This document shows, one piece after another, positions 14,306-27,194 of a DNA stretch of 64,000 nt. A model generated the notes under the pieces. The model had not been told where the DNA came from. It saw only the letters and a program-made list of their open reading frames with translations, and did not search any database. How positions within the stretch are numbered: the first letter of the stretch is position 1; each line of letters starts with the position of its first letter. The DNA lies in contig NC_083426.1 in NCBI RefSeq assembly GCF_020745735.1, positions 20,584,001 to 20,648,000 on the forward strand, given 5' to 3'. The translations under genes were made by a program, and so were the position numbers. Source of the stretch: Hemiscyllium ocellatum. Lineage: Eukaryota.

Positions 14306-14667
14306 GTGAGTTTCAGTAAATGAATTATTACATTCTTTTGACTTTCTGATCTAGACAATTTTAGTTAACCATCCATCTATGGATCTTCACATTTCTGATA
14401 AGAACTCTCCATGAGAGCAATGAGTAAGCTTACTTTCTTCACTATTCTGTGAAGGGATATTGATATGTTAAGTGACTGGGATACAAATTTGGTAAATGGA
14501 CATAGAGGAAACTGTTTGATTTAAGTTTTTTTATTAACAGGTTTTAAAAAATAATTTAATGTAAGTTTCCTCTACGGAGCTTCAGTTCTTATCTGGTCAG
14601 CACATTCTTACACTTTTCTATTTAACCTTCAAGTAACTGATGACAGGTAATTTCTTTTTCTTTCTAG

Positions 14668-14741
14668 ATACTCAATACTGGGTAGAGATTATCGGCAATG
14701 TACAACTGAGGGTTGGGATGGCAAGGTTCCATCTTGCGAAC
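14668..14741 (+). CDS. Gene 1 exon b6
   Basis: 74 nt, AG/gtatgt; YSILGRDYRQCTTEGWDGKVPSCE. Confidence 0.92.
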
Positions 14742-15444
14742 GTATGTTCTATTTCTTTCTTTTGTAATGTGACCTGCTCATCCTACCAGACAATATCTCA
14801 GTGAATTTTCTTGGAACTTTGATTCACATCTAAGTTTCCTTCCTTTTAGCATTTGTCCATCCTTGAGTTTGGAGTTCAATGTCCATGGAATAGCAGACAA
14901 CAGCTGTTGAGTAAATGTATTCAACATAACTTCTTAAAGGCAAAAAAAATTTTGAGGAATAGCTTTTCATCAAATAAGTTCTTAGTTAGAGAATTTAATT
15001 GTCTGCTGTTCTGCAAATGTTGGTATTGAAACATGGAACTGAGTTTTAATTTAGGATGGGCAGTTTAGGAGGTGCTAAGATCTTGTTCTACGTGATAGTG
15101 TTTGCCGTTTTCGCAGTGGGAAACCGAGGAAGTGAAAGTGACAGGTAAAAAAATGTGCAGAAAATATTAATGGAGTATAATTAAACCAGGCATTTACTCC
15201 ATTCCCTTTCTTTCCCATTCCCATTATGTGCTCCAATTAGATCAGTATCTTCATTCTACTGAATTCATTGTGTTAGTGCAGTATATAGTTGCAGATCTAA
15301 TTTGAATGAAAGCAATGGTTTTTTAAAGAGGTGACAAAAATATGGAGAAACATACCAATGGTTTTGGTGCTAAGGAGAAACAGAGATCATTAAGTGATTC
15401 TCTCACTTCTGTATTTTAATTCATTCTTCTCTGATTATCCCTGG

Positions 15445-15860
15445 TGATCAAGTATGACTTGCTTCACTCTGAGTCAATAGATTCTGAGATGGCTATTAAG
15501 TCCAGTAAGCTCTATGCATACTCTGCTATATTTAAGAGCAGATGCTGTTTGGAGGGTAATGAGGTTTTGGGAGAGGTTTTCAGAAACCTCAACATCTCCC
15601 TTGTGTGTTCCTGATAAATTCTGTCTGCATCCATGTTTTCTAAAATTACCCTTCTTCCAATTTGTTTGGCCACAAGCTAGGGCTTCCAAGAGGAGTCAGT
15701 AGATATTTTTGACCTCTTCAGGGATGCAGTGTTGTCAACCTTTAGGCAAGTTAGTCTCCTGCTGCAAATGAGTTCTAAGTAGGGCAGTTGCTTCAAGAAC
15801 CTAGTATCAGGCACAAGAATGAAGTGTCCAATCCAGTAGAGTTGGTCTTGTGTGGTTACC
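15445..15860 (-). mobile_element. Degenerate RTE-like LINE 3' fragment (paralogous copy at ~23720-24440)
   Basis: C-terminal remnants SRVCIELTGLNSHLRIY here and CSKCGRVCKSQIGLNTNLKTH in the paralogous copy. Confidence 0.5.
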
Positions 15861-16078
15861 AATACTAAACAAGTTCAAACACTCTTGCAATAAGCAAAAA
15901 TGTTCCATTAACCACATTGAAGAAGTTTGAGAATTGGATTCCAAAGTTAATGAAACTTGTTATTCTGCAGAGTTGTGTAGTAGATTCTTATCTTCATGCT
16001 ATAAATGTCAAGTGTAACAAAAGATTTATTGAAGATTTTTGATAATTATAACTTGTCCCATTTTATTTTTACATGCAG

Positions 16079-16175
16079 CAATAAACTGTGGTAACCCTGG
16101 CAAGATTCTGAATGGGTATTATGAGGCACCAAACAACACAATTGGAAATAAAGTGATTTTTAATTGTAATGTTGG
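16079..16175 (+). CDS. Gene 1 exon a7
   Basis: 97 nt, AG/GT; INCGNPGKILNGYYEAPNNTIGNKVIFNCNVG. Confidence 0.92.
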
Positions 16176-16763
16176 GTGAGTTTTCAAAATATAAATTTAT
16201 TGTATAATTTTGCTAAAAAAAAATACTAGTTTAATGTTAATGGCAAAGCAATTTTCAGATGGCTATATTTCAATGTTTACATTTCTGATAACAAATCCCC
16301 ATGTAAACACAAATGAGGCTTTTAGTCTTTAAAATTTCAGAGTGATTAATGCTGAGAATCTTTTGGTCTGATTTTGGAACATTAATGGAAAGATTAAATT
16401 GGTAAATGCATTACACCTAGAACCATATACCTAGATCACCACTGGATGGCTGCACCTGCTGATTCTTAAAAATGTGTAAATCATATTGTGATTTGTTGCC
16501 AACAGGAGTTGTACACACCAATGCTCCTTCTGTGTATTGTACTTTTATGGAGTCTGATCAGAATTTACTTTTAGCAATAATATGATTCCAACTTCATTTT
16601 TTGCCATCAATCTTGTTTCACTTTATTTTAACGAGCAATTTGTTGATAGGTGAATATATTTTTCCTTTTTAGAACTCAAATTCTTACCTGGTCAGCAAAC
16701 TATATTGTTTTCACAATTGCTGTTTGGGTCATTGATACAGGTGGTTTGCTTTGCTTCTCCTAG

Positions 16764-16837
16764 GTACAAAATGGTGGGTAGAGATTATCGACAATGTACA
16801 GCTCAGGGATGGGATGGTGATGTTCCAGCTTGTGAAC
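16764..16837 (+). CDS. Gene 1 exon b7
   Basis: 74 nt, AG/GT; YKMVGRDYRQCTAQGWDGDVPACE. Confidence 0.92.
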
Positions 16838-17357
16838 GTAAGTTATGTTTCCTTGTTTTGTAAGGTTAATAGCAGCAGGCAGTGTTCCTGATAGAATTGC
16901 TAGCAATGGAAAATTGCAACCTGTTGATTGTTCCATTAAGAGAGAGAATTATTCCTCACCTCAGGCTTTGATCACAGAGAAGGTTGGACAAAGACACTTA
17001 AAACACATTGGGCCACCTTCATGAAAATGGTGCAGGCTTCACACTGTAGTGTTTTCCAATTGATGTTGAGGATTCTGCTGATAGAATAAAATCAGTCCAT
17101 TATGTTCTTGGATTGCTGCTGAATGTTGTTGCTGGTCAAAATAGTGTGCCGTTGTGTGATTGTAGGTTTAGGACTGTCGTGTGTTTAAAATACCATAAAA
17201 TTGGAAAAAACAATTCCAACTTTATTGTGACCTAATAATCGGAACAATTATGTAGTGGTATATTTTGTCTTCATATTGAAAACTTGTGAATAGCAATGAA
17301 AAGACTGGTGGGGAATTTCAATTTTTCTGGTACTTATGCCTCTTATTTTCTGTATAG

Positions 17358-17454
17358 CAATAAACTGTGGAAACCCTGGTTCAATTCTGAATGGATATTA
17401 CAAAGCATCAAAATGGACAGTTGGAAGTAATGTTACATTTTATTGTGAAGTTGG
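17358..17454 (+). CDS. Gene 1 exon a8
   Basis: 97 nt, AG/GT; INCGNPGSILNGYYKASKWTVGSNVTFYCEVG. Confidence 0.92.
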
Positions 17455-18056
17455 GTGAGTATTCAGTATCTAAATCACTAAATAATTTTAGTAATGGCCT
17501 CTATTATTTTAAAGTTGTTATTTAGATGACCACATATTCAATATATTTCTTATAGAAGCTCTTCACATTAACTCTGAGTGAGGCTTCAATCCTAACCAGA
17601 AGATTAAGCAAAATACTTAGTACTGATCAAGTTGGGGAATGTTTGTGTTGGAATAGGAACATTAATGCAAAAATAGAACTGTTAAATGTGTCATTGGTTG
17701 AAAAATCCATGAGCAGAGAGACAAACCAGATGTCACCAGGTGCTGTTTCTACAAAATGATTAACTTGTATTAGAAGTCAGCATGACAGTGAGTTTTATAT
17801 GCCTATGTTTCATCTGTGCACTGTAGTTTTATGGGGTCGAACCTATATTTTCAAGTTTAAATATAAATGCAACAGCATTTGATTCCTATTTTAGTGTTCT
17901 GCTACCCTACAGCTATATTTGATTCATTTTTCTTTTGTGAGGGTTTAGTCCATTTTTCCTTCATGAACCTCAAAGTTCTTACATATTCTGCCTAGTGACC
18001 CATTTTTCCAGTTAATTTTCCTGTCTGGTAACAGTTGGCTTACCATTCTTTTTTAG

Positions 18057-18130
18057 ATACAAAATTATTGGCAGACATTACCGACAATGTATGGCTGATG
18101 GGTGGGATGGTGAGGTTCCATCCTGTGAAC
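18057..18130 (+). CDS. Gene 1 exon b8
   Basis: 74 nt, AG/GT; YKIIGRHYRQCMADGWDGEVPSCE. Confidence 0.92.
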
Positions 18131-20362
18131 GTAAGTAAATGTTTCTGTATTTTGTAAAGTGACTGGCTTGTACATCTGATAAAAATGATTGAGTCACTTA
18201 CAGTGAGTCATCATGGCTTATGTTCAAATTTTTTTCCATTCACTAATTTGGCATCCTCTGACTTGGAATTCTGTTTTGAATGGGAGATAAAAATAACTTT
18301 TTGCTTTTCTACCCAAGGGTCGTGTTACAAGGCAAAGAGCTGAGTTTCAGTGGGTAATAGAAAGTTTAGGAGAAGCTCATTTTATTTGTATTCTAAAAAT
18401 AGTAATTTGGCTCATGGAAATTAAAGCTATAGGAAATTACACAATCAATACTAATTTTCCATGATTAAATCATACAGAGGGTGGGGTTAAATTACTGTTC
18501 CCTTATCTGGTGTGCAGAGTCTGGATATTTTCTGATTCAACAACAGAATTTAGGAGCAACTTCCATAAATGGGCAATTTTCCACTTCCAGATCTAAGAGT
18601 GCAAAGTGATTATTAGGCCTGTTATTTCCTGAAATAATTTTTGAGGCTGCCACCTGGACTTTGGAATGTTAGATTTACTGAAATTGCAATTTTTATTAAT
18701 TATATAACGTTAATTCACTAAAATTGAAAGAGCAAGGAGCCTAAATAACATGATGATACAATGACTTTATCTTACCCACTTTATATATACTTTCATGTCT
18801 ATTCTTACCAATCCCAAAATCTGAACTATCCAAATGAACACTTGACCTCCCACAGGAACTCTGGCTAACTTTCAGTATTAATTATTTTCCTCTATTTTGT
18901 CATGTTTTGGAAATCTGTATAATGAAAATTACTTGTTAATCAAAATTTGAGGCAATAGTACTTTGTGTTGCTGCCTTTGCAAACTGTGAAGTACAACTTG
19001 CCCTCATTCTACCGCCACCCCACGCAACAAAAATGGGGAGTAGAGGATGCAAGCTGTAGGCAAGGTTGTTATAAATTACCCAAATCTCCAGGACACATGC
19101 TTCAGAGTGATCCAAAACTATCCATCTCTATGAAATGTTCCATGCCCTGGACTAGTGACTGAATGCTGTACAATGCTCAAATAACATGAGAATGATGGCC
19201 AAAATTGATCCGACAGCTCCTAAAACACCCAGAAAAATTGTATTGCAGAGATGACCAATCAGAGCAAAGTAAGGGATAGACTTTATGGGCAACTGCTCCC
19301 CCAGTCAGAACTCTTATCTCTAGTGCTTCTCCAACCACGGGTTGCTTCTCACCCAACTTTCCTGTTGATGGTTTCATTCCTAATCTGCAGCAATTGTGGC
19401 AGCAATGAAGCCTGTGGTTGGCAGAGCAATTAAGAAGATAAGTGGCTGCATTGAGCATATCAGTGGCATTGGTGTTTGCCAAGCTGGAAGTTATTGTCAA
19501 CTGGAGTTGAGGATAGCCTGGGGCCTGCTATCAGTTGAGTCTTTAGATTATTGTTGGCTGTGTTCAGATAAGGCAGGGAGTACAATCAGCTGGGTAAGGA
19601 GTGAATGCCATCAGATAGTTCCAGTGATTGTCAATGATGGAGTTGAAGGATTTCATCAGTTTGGCATGAGGAGTGCTGTCTGTTGCGGTGCATTGGGGTT
19701 AAAACAGAGGGTTACAGAGTTGGAAGTTGAACCACTTGATAGCAATTATCCCTGAGTTCATCAGAGGTCAGTTGTGCCTTAGGGATTCAATGGGACTTCT
19801 TGCCAGCAAATATTGCAGCCTTATCATGGCATTCCCTATTGTCAGTCACTTAATGCATGATATTGGGACCTGGCATTAGGGGGAGGTGACACTGAAAGCC
19901 ATCTTAATATCCTGTGCTGTGACTCACTGCACACAATCCTTTTGTGACTGCTTCTACACAATCTCAACTCTCACCAGTGGTGTCCTAGGATTCAGTGAAG
20001 ATCCTTTTGCTGGCTTCTGGAGCCTAAATGGCAATAGCCATCAGTCATAATGACACTGCTGAACAATGTCACTGGCTTATGAAGTTGGATACCTAACATG
20101 AAGTTGAATTGCTGCTGATGATTGATGTGTATCCACTCATAGTGCTGTTGCAGACATACAATGGTTTGTCAAGATGAGGTATTAAGGATTGAGAAAAAGT
20201 CTTTCTGTGTGTTACTATATCAAAAACTGAATTCCAAATTTGAGATAACTTGATCTTGTTGTCAATTTTATTGTGATATACATGTTTATGTAAAGTATTG
20301 CAATTAAAATTCTGTTGTTTGGAGTCTTGTTTCTAGCTTTTCACATTATATTTCCTATGCAG

Positions 20363-20459
20363 CAATAACCTGTGGTAACCCTGGGGAGATTCTGAATGGA
20401 CATTATAAGACAGCAAATGAGACAGTTGGAAATAAAGTGCATTTTTATTGTGACTTTGG
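20363..20459 (+). CDS. Gene 1 exon a9
   Basis: 97 nt, AG/GT; ITCGNPGEILNGHYKTANETVGNKVHFYCDFG. Confidence 0.92.
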
Positions 20460-21050
20460 GTGAGTATTCAGTCAATAAATTACTGAAAAATTTTTGATGA
20501 AATCATGTTATTTTAATGTTATGTGCCACCTTTTGTGCATGACATTTGTGATTTTGGCTGAGCATATGAGTTGTGATTTTTAGCATTTTAGCATTGAATT
20601 GAGAGTCTTAAAAGGAATCGCTGTAGTGATTAAAGTCAGTGATGTTAGAGCTTACATTGGAATATTAATGCACAGTTGGAAATGCTGGACATGTTAATGA
20701 TCCCTAGACATGGAAGTTGAGATCAACACAGGACATCAGAGTCTGCTAATTCTTCAATTGATTGAATTATATTATAACTCCGCTCCAAAGTGAGGTCGAT
20801 GCATCAATATTCTTCCTGCGCACTAGTTTTTTATGGAGTGTAACCAGCTCTTTTTATTTTAACAAAAACGTGACAGTATTTGATTCTTTCATTAATCTGC
20901 AGTCTAATTCTATTTTTTTAAATGTGTATATATATTTTGATCGATCCTTTTCTCTTTAAAGTTTTTGGATTTCTAATGTGGTCAGTGAACGAACATTTCC
21001 CAATTGACCTTCAGTTTACTAATGCAAGTGGTTTGCTTCATTTTTTCTAG

Positions 21051-21124
21051 ATACAAGATAGTGGGTAGAGGTTATCGGCAATGTACAGCTGAGGGTTGGG
21101 ATGGTGATGTCCCATCCTGTGAAT
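21051..21124 (+). CDS. Gene 1 exon b9
   Basis: 74 nt, AG/GT; YKIVGRGYRQCTAEGWDGDVPSCE. Confidence 0.92.
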
Positions 21125-21595
21125 GTAAGTTACATTTACTTGCTTTGTACAGCTACTGATTTACTGGTAAGTGCATAAAGATTGACCTGCTTCCAGTGAA
21201 TTATTGTGTAATATTGGTTGGTACCCAACCTTTCTTCTCTGCAGTAGTTTTACATCCTGTAGCTTGGAATTCAGATTTCCTAGAATGGGAGGAAATGTCT
21301 ATTCAATGTTCTAATCTACATTGCATATTAAAGTACACATTGTGTGCAATGAGAAATAGCCATCAAGTCATTCCAGTGCCTTCTAGAAGATTTTACAGTT
21401 TTACATCGTACAAGTGGTACTGTTAGAGCAAGGAGTTGAGTTTTGGTGTGCAATGAGAAGTAAGAAGCCCTTAATGTTAGCAGAGTTTAGCTGATAAAAA
21501 GTGATCATTGGACCTTGGGTGATTCAGGTGAAGTGACTAGAAGTTAATGGCAAGTGTAATTGATCTGCTAATCCCTTCTCTTTTTCTCCTAGATA

Positions 21596-21775
21596 GTAAG
21601 GACTGCAGAGGCTGGAAACCAGAGTCAATAAAATGTGGAGCTGGAAGAGCAAAGCAGGTCAGACAGAATGGAGGGTCCTGATGAAAGGTCCTGGCGATGA
21701 AATTGTCAACTTTCTTGGTCCTCTGATGCTGTCTGACCCACTGTACTCTTCCAGCTCTACATTTTATTGACTCTT
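21596..21775. mobile_element. Short Penelope-type palindromic element, degenerate
   Basis: Inverted arms gagtcaataaaatgtggagctggaagag / ctcttccagctctacattttattgactc; central cctgatgaa...gaaa. Confidence 0.65.
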
Positions 21776-22402
21776 TTTGATCTATTCCTGTTTAAATATC
21801 TTACTATGACTTTAGTTAACTGAATTAATTGAATTACTTTTACCATTGGCAGAGTTGCAATAATTGACATTCGAGTCAAAATTATAGATTTTAATGGGTC
21901 AACAAACAAAAATGGGATAGGTTTTAGTGGTGGTGGTGATTAGACAAAACAGATAATACTATGGAAGTGGAAGTAAATAATCTTTGAATTGGAGCAGAAA
22001 CTTTGAAAATATTTCCTCCCTTTTATTATCTAGTGTTCTTGAAATGATGGGGGCTATTAAATCAACAATGTTGAATATCTTGTGTAACTTTGCACTAAAT
22101 TTCGGTGACTAATGTTTATGAACACACCTCTCCATCTGTTACTCTGTGTCACCATTTAGTATGTAAGGCTAATGTTGATCAGTACATACAGCTTTGTAGA
22201 CAAAGATCCCTGTTTTGAGACATTGCAGACTGAGAGAATGTCCTCCAATTATATTTTAATTTTGAAAATTACTTTCCGAAATTAGAGTAACTTGGCATTT
22301 TGAGCAGGTTTTGTTGCAGCTATTCAATTTTATGCTAAGTACCTATAAAATGTTGGCGATTTTGAAACAATTATATCTCTTCTCTTTTTTTCTTTTTTGC
22401 AG

Positions 22403-22499
22403 CAATAACCTGTGGTAACCCTGGTGAGATTCTACATGGGTATTATAAAGCACCAAATAAAACAGTTGGAAATAACGTTACATTTTACTGTGACATCGG
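22403..22499 (+). CDS. Gene 1 exon a10
   Basis: 97 nt, AG/GT; ITCGNPGEILHGYYKAPNKTVGNNVTFYCDIG. Confidence 0.92.
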
Positions 22500-22887
22500 G
22501 TGAGTATTCAGTGTACAAATTATTGATGGACTATATTATTTTAATGTTGTGATGAAGAGAATTTAGATGTGCATCTATCTCTTGTTCTTCATTTTTGAAC
22601 ACATTTCTTCATGTTATCACAGAGTAAGCCTGATTATTTCATTATTTGACATCATAATTTTGCAAAGGACTATAAAAATGAAGTGGCTTGGCAAACATTT
22701 GATGGGTTGGGTGTATTTTCAGGAAATGTTTGCTTTTTAATTAACTGCTTGATTTTGACTTTTAGAAAGAATTTGTATTTAATAGACATTTCCTCTTTGG
22801 ACCTTTATAATTCATACCTGGTCAGCACTCTAATATTTCATCAATTATCCAGAAGTTGACAGATAACTGGTGATTTTCTGTTCCTAG

Positions 22888-22961
22888 ATATGCAATGCTG
22901 GGTCGTGATTATCGGAAGTGTACACCTGAGGGTTGGGATGGTGAGGTTCCATCCTGTGAAC
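22888..22961 (+). CDS. Gene 1 exon b10
   Basis: 74 nt, AG/GT; YAMLGRDYRKCTPEGWDGEVPSCE. Confidence 0.92.
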
Positions 22962-24661
22962 GTAAGTTCTATTTCTCTCTTTAGGAAAGTGATGAATATA
23001 TCTTCCCAGCTAAATGATAGAGCCATTCTCAATACAGTGCTGGAACGTTGGTTCAATTTCAGGTTTTCTTCCTTATAATATTCATCCATCTTGGAGTTCA
23101 TTCATCATGGAATAGGAAGAAATAATGAGTAATGATTTTATTCAGCATTGCATATTAAAAAAAACTAAAGTGTGATTTGAGAAATGATATTTCATTAAAT
23201 CAATTGTTTGTTTGAAAATTGAATTATCTGCCTTCCACATATATTAATGTTGAAGCATAGAATATATATTCCTAGCTGGATATTAAAGTGGAATGCATCA
23301 TTTAGCAGGTACTAACATTAGTGTAACTGACAAGCATGTAATTTTGGCCATTGGAAATCTAGGAAGTGGAAGTGACAGGTCAAGGAAAAGTGCAGCCAAT
23401 ATCACCAGTCTGTAATTAAACCTGGCATATACTGTCTTCTTTTCCCTTCCCACACACATTTTATGCTCCAAGTAGTTCTGTGTTTACATTTAACTGAATT
23501 AGTTGTGATATTGAAGCATATTGTACTGATGAAGCTGAAGTGAAAGTAATAATTTTAGAGGGGAGACAAAAAACATAATGGCAGACTTTTATGGTAATGT
23601 TGCTGAGGTCGAGTGTTAAATGCTGTGGAACAAAAAGTAAGTGGTCTTTGAGATGACACTGGTACCTGAAGTTATTCCTCCACTTTGGTGTTCTACCTTT
23701 TTCTTCTCAGTCCCTAAGGATTAAGTGTGACTTGCTTCCATTCTGGTTCGGTGGGTTTTGAGATTGGTATTAAGTCCAATCTGTGATTTGCAAACTCTGC
23801 CACATTTGGAGCAGGTGGTGTTGGAATGATTGGATAAATGAGTTATACGGGAGTTGTGAAATTTCTCAGAGGCCTCAACCTCACCTTTCAATGTTCCTGA
23901 TGGAGTCTTTCTATGTTTAATGTTTACAACCTCCACACCACTGATGTTCAGTTGCAGTGGTGCATTTTATCTACAAAATGCACTGCAGAAATTCATCAAA
24001 GATCCTGAGACAGCACCTTCTAAATCCAGGAGCACTTCCATCTAGAAGGATGGAGAACAATACCACCTGCATATTTCTCTCCAAGTCACTCATCAACTTG
24101 ACTTGGGAATATATTGCCCTTCCTTCAGTATCACTGGGCCAAAATCCTAGAACTCTCTCCTTAATGGCATTGTGGAATCAGCTAAAGCACATGCATTGCA
24201 GCAATTCAAGAAGGCAGTTCACCACCACTTGTTCAAAGACAACAAGGAACAAGCAATACATCCTGGCAGTTTGCGACAACCACATCCTACAAGTAAATAC
24301 ATTTTTTAAAGTTCTGAATTTCTGTTATCATCCTCAGATTCCTGTCGTGAATGAATTCCAAGTCAAGCAGTTGCTTCAAGAGCCTCATACAAGAATGACA
24401 TGCCCTGCCCAGCAGTGTTGGTTTTGTGTAATTATTGCCTTTCTACTGGGCAATTTTTAACTGCCACAGAGTAAAAGGCAGCATTCTATTAATCATTTTG
24501 AAAAAAAAAATTAGATTCCAAAGTTAATTTGCCAAACTAACCAATTATATAATTGCATTATATCTTTCATGTTAAATACCTTGCAAATTACAATGAAAGA
24601 AATGGTGAAGATTTTGGAGTTTTGTGACATTTCTACCTTTTCCATTTTATTTTATGTGTAG

Positions 24662-24758
24662 CAATTAACTGTGGTAACCCTGGCAATATTCTGAATGGAT
24701 ATTATGTGGAACCAAATGTCACAGTTGAAAATAAAGTTACCTTTTATTGTAACGCTGG
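24662..24758 (+). CDS. Gene 1 exon a11
   Basis: 97 nt, AG/GT; INCGNPGNILNGYYVEPNVTVENKVTFYCNAG. Confidence 0.92.
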
Positions 24759-25341
24759 GTGAGTATTTACTACATTAACTAAGAACTAATTTTAGTGAAA
24801 GACTGCTATTCTAATGTTTGTTCAGAAGACATTTTCAGGGAGTTATATTTTTGATATTTTGCATCTCTGTTAAGTGATTTCCATGTGAACATGAGTCAGG
24901 CTTCCAGTTCAATGCTGAGCTGGTAATTTGTTTTTTTAAAAAAGTCTTTATCAACATACCTGCATGGGTTTGGAATATCTATAGGCAGATAGAAATGTTA
25001 AACGTGATTCTAATGCCGAGGCCTATATGCTGAGATCAACACTGGAAGACATATTAAGCAGTTTTCCTCCAAATGCTTCAACTATATTTTAATTAGTTCC
25101 AAGGCATGCTGGTGCATCATGTTCCTCCTGTAAACATTATTTTACATACAGGTGATCTACATCGTACTTAGCAATAGTGCAATTGTATTTGATTACAAAT
25201 GCACTTTCTTGCGTGTGTGTTTCTCAGTAAATAGATTTTTCCTCTGTGGACTTTTAATTTCCTATCTGCTGTGCCAACTTTACAACTTCTCAAAATAAAA
25301 TTCAGGCCATTGATACAAGTGGTTTGTGTCTGTTTTTCCAG

Positions 25342-25415
25342 ATACAAGCTTTTGGGTCGAGATTATCGGCAATGTACAGCTGAGGGATGGGATGGTGATG
25401 TTCCCTCCTGTGAAT
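25342..25415 (+). CDS. Gene 1 exon b11 (last CCP half)
   Basis: 74 nt, AG/gtaagg; YKLLGRDYRQCTAEGWDGDVPSCE. Confidence 0.92.
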
Positions 25416-25647
25416 GTAAGGGTTGTTGCCTTTTATTTTTACCCTAAAATTAACTGACTTGCTTGTATGTGTCAAATGATTGAGCCACTTTCATTAATTG
25501 TCATGTAATGTTACACCACATCAAGTTCTCCAGGATTTTAGCATCTTCAACCTTTGAGTGGAATGGGATTTAAACAATTGTTCAATGTTTTGATTCAGTC
25601 TTTAATGAGGATTTTGAACTGTGAAATGACAAATGATCATTTGATTT

Positions 25648-25865
25648 CGTGGTTAGCTGCCTTACAGCTCCAGGGACCTGGATTTTATTTCTGCCTTGGA
25701 TGATTCTCTTTGTGGAGTTTGCATATTCTCTCCATGTCTGTGTGGGTTTCCATTGAGTGCTCTGGTTTCCTTCCATAGTCCAAAGATATGCAATTTAGAT
25801 AGATTGGCCACATTAGATTGCCCTGTAATGTCCAGGGATGTGCAGGTTAGGTGGGTTGACCATGG
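25648..25865 (+). mobile_element. tRNA-derived SINE (V-SINE type), degenerate
   Basis: tgtggagtttgcatattctctccatgtctgtgtgggtttcc core. Confidence 0.7.
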
Positions 25866-26795
25866 CGTCTTGCTGTATGACCCCAATATCTTTTCCACTT
25901 TTGAACCATCACATACATTCTCACTTGCACAGTAAACTTTGTGTGATCATGTGCAAAACAGATAGACATTAATAGGATGCACAGCCAGATAAGACAGAGA
26001 TACATGAAGTAACTACATTTTAAGGGGAGAGGAAAACGTGAGTGGCGAGGAACTTGAAAGAGAGACTGGAGTTTAAGGGATAAGAAAGTGAGCTGTAAGA
26101 ATGCAAGCACAAAAGACCTGGAAGTGAAGGGCTAAGCACGAGAAAAGCAAAAGGCAGGAAGTGAGAAGTATTTCTTTACAGTTTTCTATCAGCGTTATGT
26201 GATGAAGTTGTGAATCTATGAAATCAGTTTCTATGGTGATATGCAAAATTTCTCTAAGTGGGCTTTTAACTTTTGATCAGCTGAGATCCTCAGTTGAGTA
26301 AAGTTACATTCAGCAGAAATCATCATTTGTTGTGACATCACTTGTTACAACATCACTTTAAGGACTGAATATGTTTATGAATCAGATCAGGATGCGTGTA
26401 AAGGTCTGCAGTTGTGTCTTTGTGAAGTCAAGTACTCCTATAAATATTCTGAGTGTTGAGTGAACCTATTTCAGATTTTCAAGTAAAATGAACCTACACC
26501 ATTTACCAATCTTGTATGAGAGTAGTAACTTCGTATTATGAAATCAACACAACAATGCTGATGTACAATATCCCCAATGCTATAGTTACTTCAGTTTTGA
26601 TGCTCAGAAACAGTGATAGAGGATGGAGAGGCTCTGTTGTTTTTCTTTCAAAACCATTTTTTAAAATTTACATGCAACAATTGGTGATGTGTAGTTAGAC
26701 CTTCAATAGTGAGCTGGCATAGTGAAAAAAAACACATAATCTTTTAAACCATTAATTTCTGTGTTAATAACTTGGTCTCTTTTAAAATCTTACAG

Positions 26796-26825
26796 CACAA
26801 AGTGCACTTGTAGGAATGGCTACTG
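26796..26825 (+). CDS. Gene 1 short juxtamembrane/TM-start exon
   Basis: cttacag|...actg|gtaagt; 30 nt, phase 1-1; SQSALVGMATG in frame with both neighbours. Confidence 0.7.
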
Positions 26826-27194
26826 GTAAGTAGGAAAACCAGATAATACAAATATTATTAGCTGCACTGAAGTGCTTTGATTTAGTATTTGCTAACATTT
26901 GATCATCAAAACTGTACATTTAAAATGTAATGACTGAATTAGTGTTTTGGTTGTTCAAACTGATAAGTATATAAATCTTGAGTCAGAATGATTATTAATG
27001 AGGCTTTAATACTTTTTAATAATGTTTAGAAATGAGATTTTTTAATCATTGTGCTGGTTTTCTTAGTAAGTGAGGCTTTGAGCCAGATGTGTGCCTTGTG
27101 TGTCTAATAAACAATTTAGGATAAACATAATTATATCCTATAAAAACAATTAATAATTCTCATGCTGGATTTCATAGACAACTCATCTTTCTTA

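Noticed and set aside
427-25415. Exon array as a CRISPR-like array or V(D)J-type segments
   Set aside because: The units are spliceosomal exons with GT-AG ends; I saw no consistent heptamer/nonamer signals flanking them and no cas genes.
427-25415. Array as an assembly artefact or pseudogene debris
   Set aside because: Each copy is distinct in exon and intron sequence, and all 21 exons keep frame, cysteines and splice sites.
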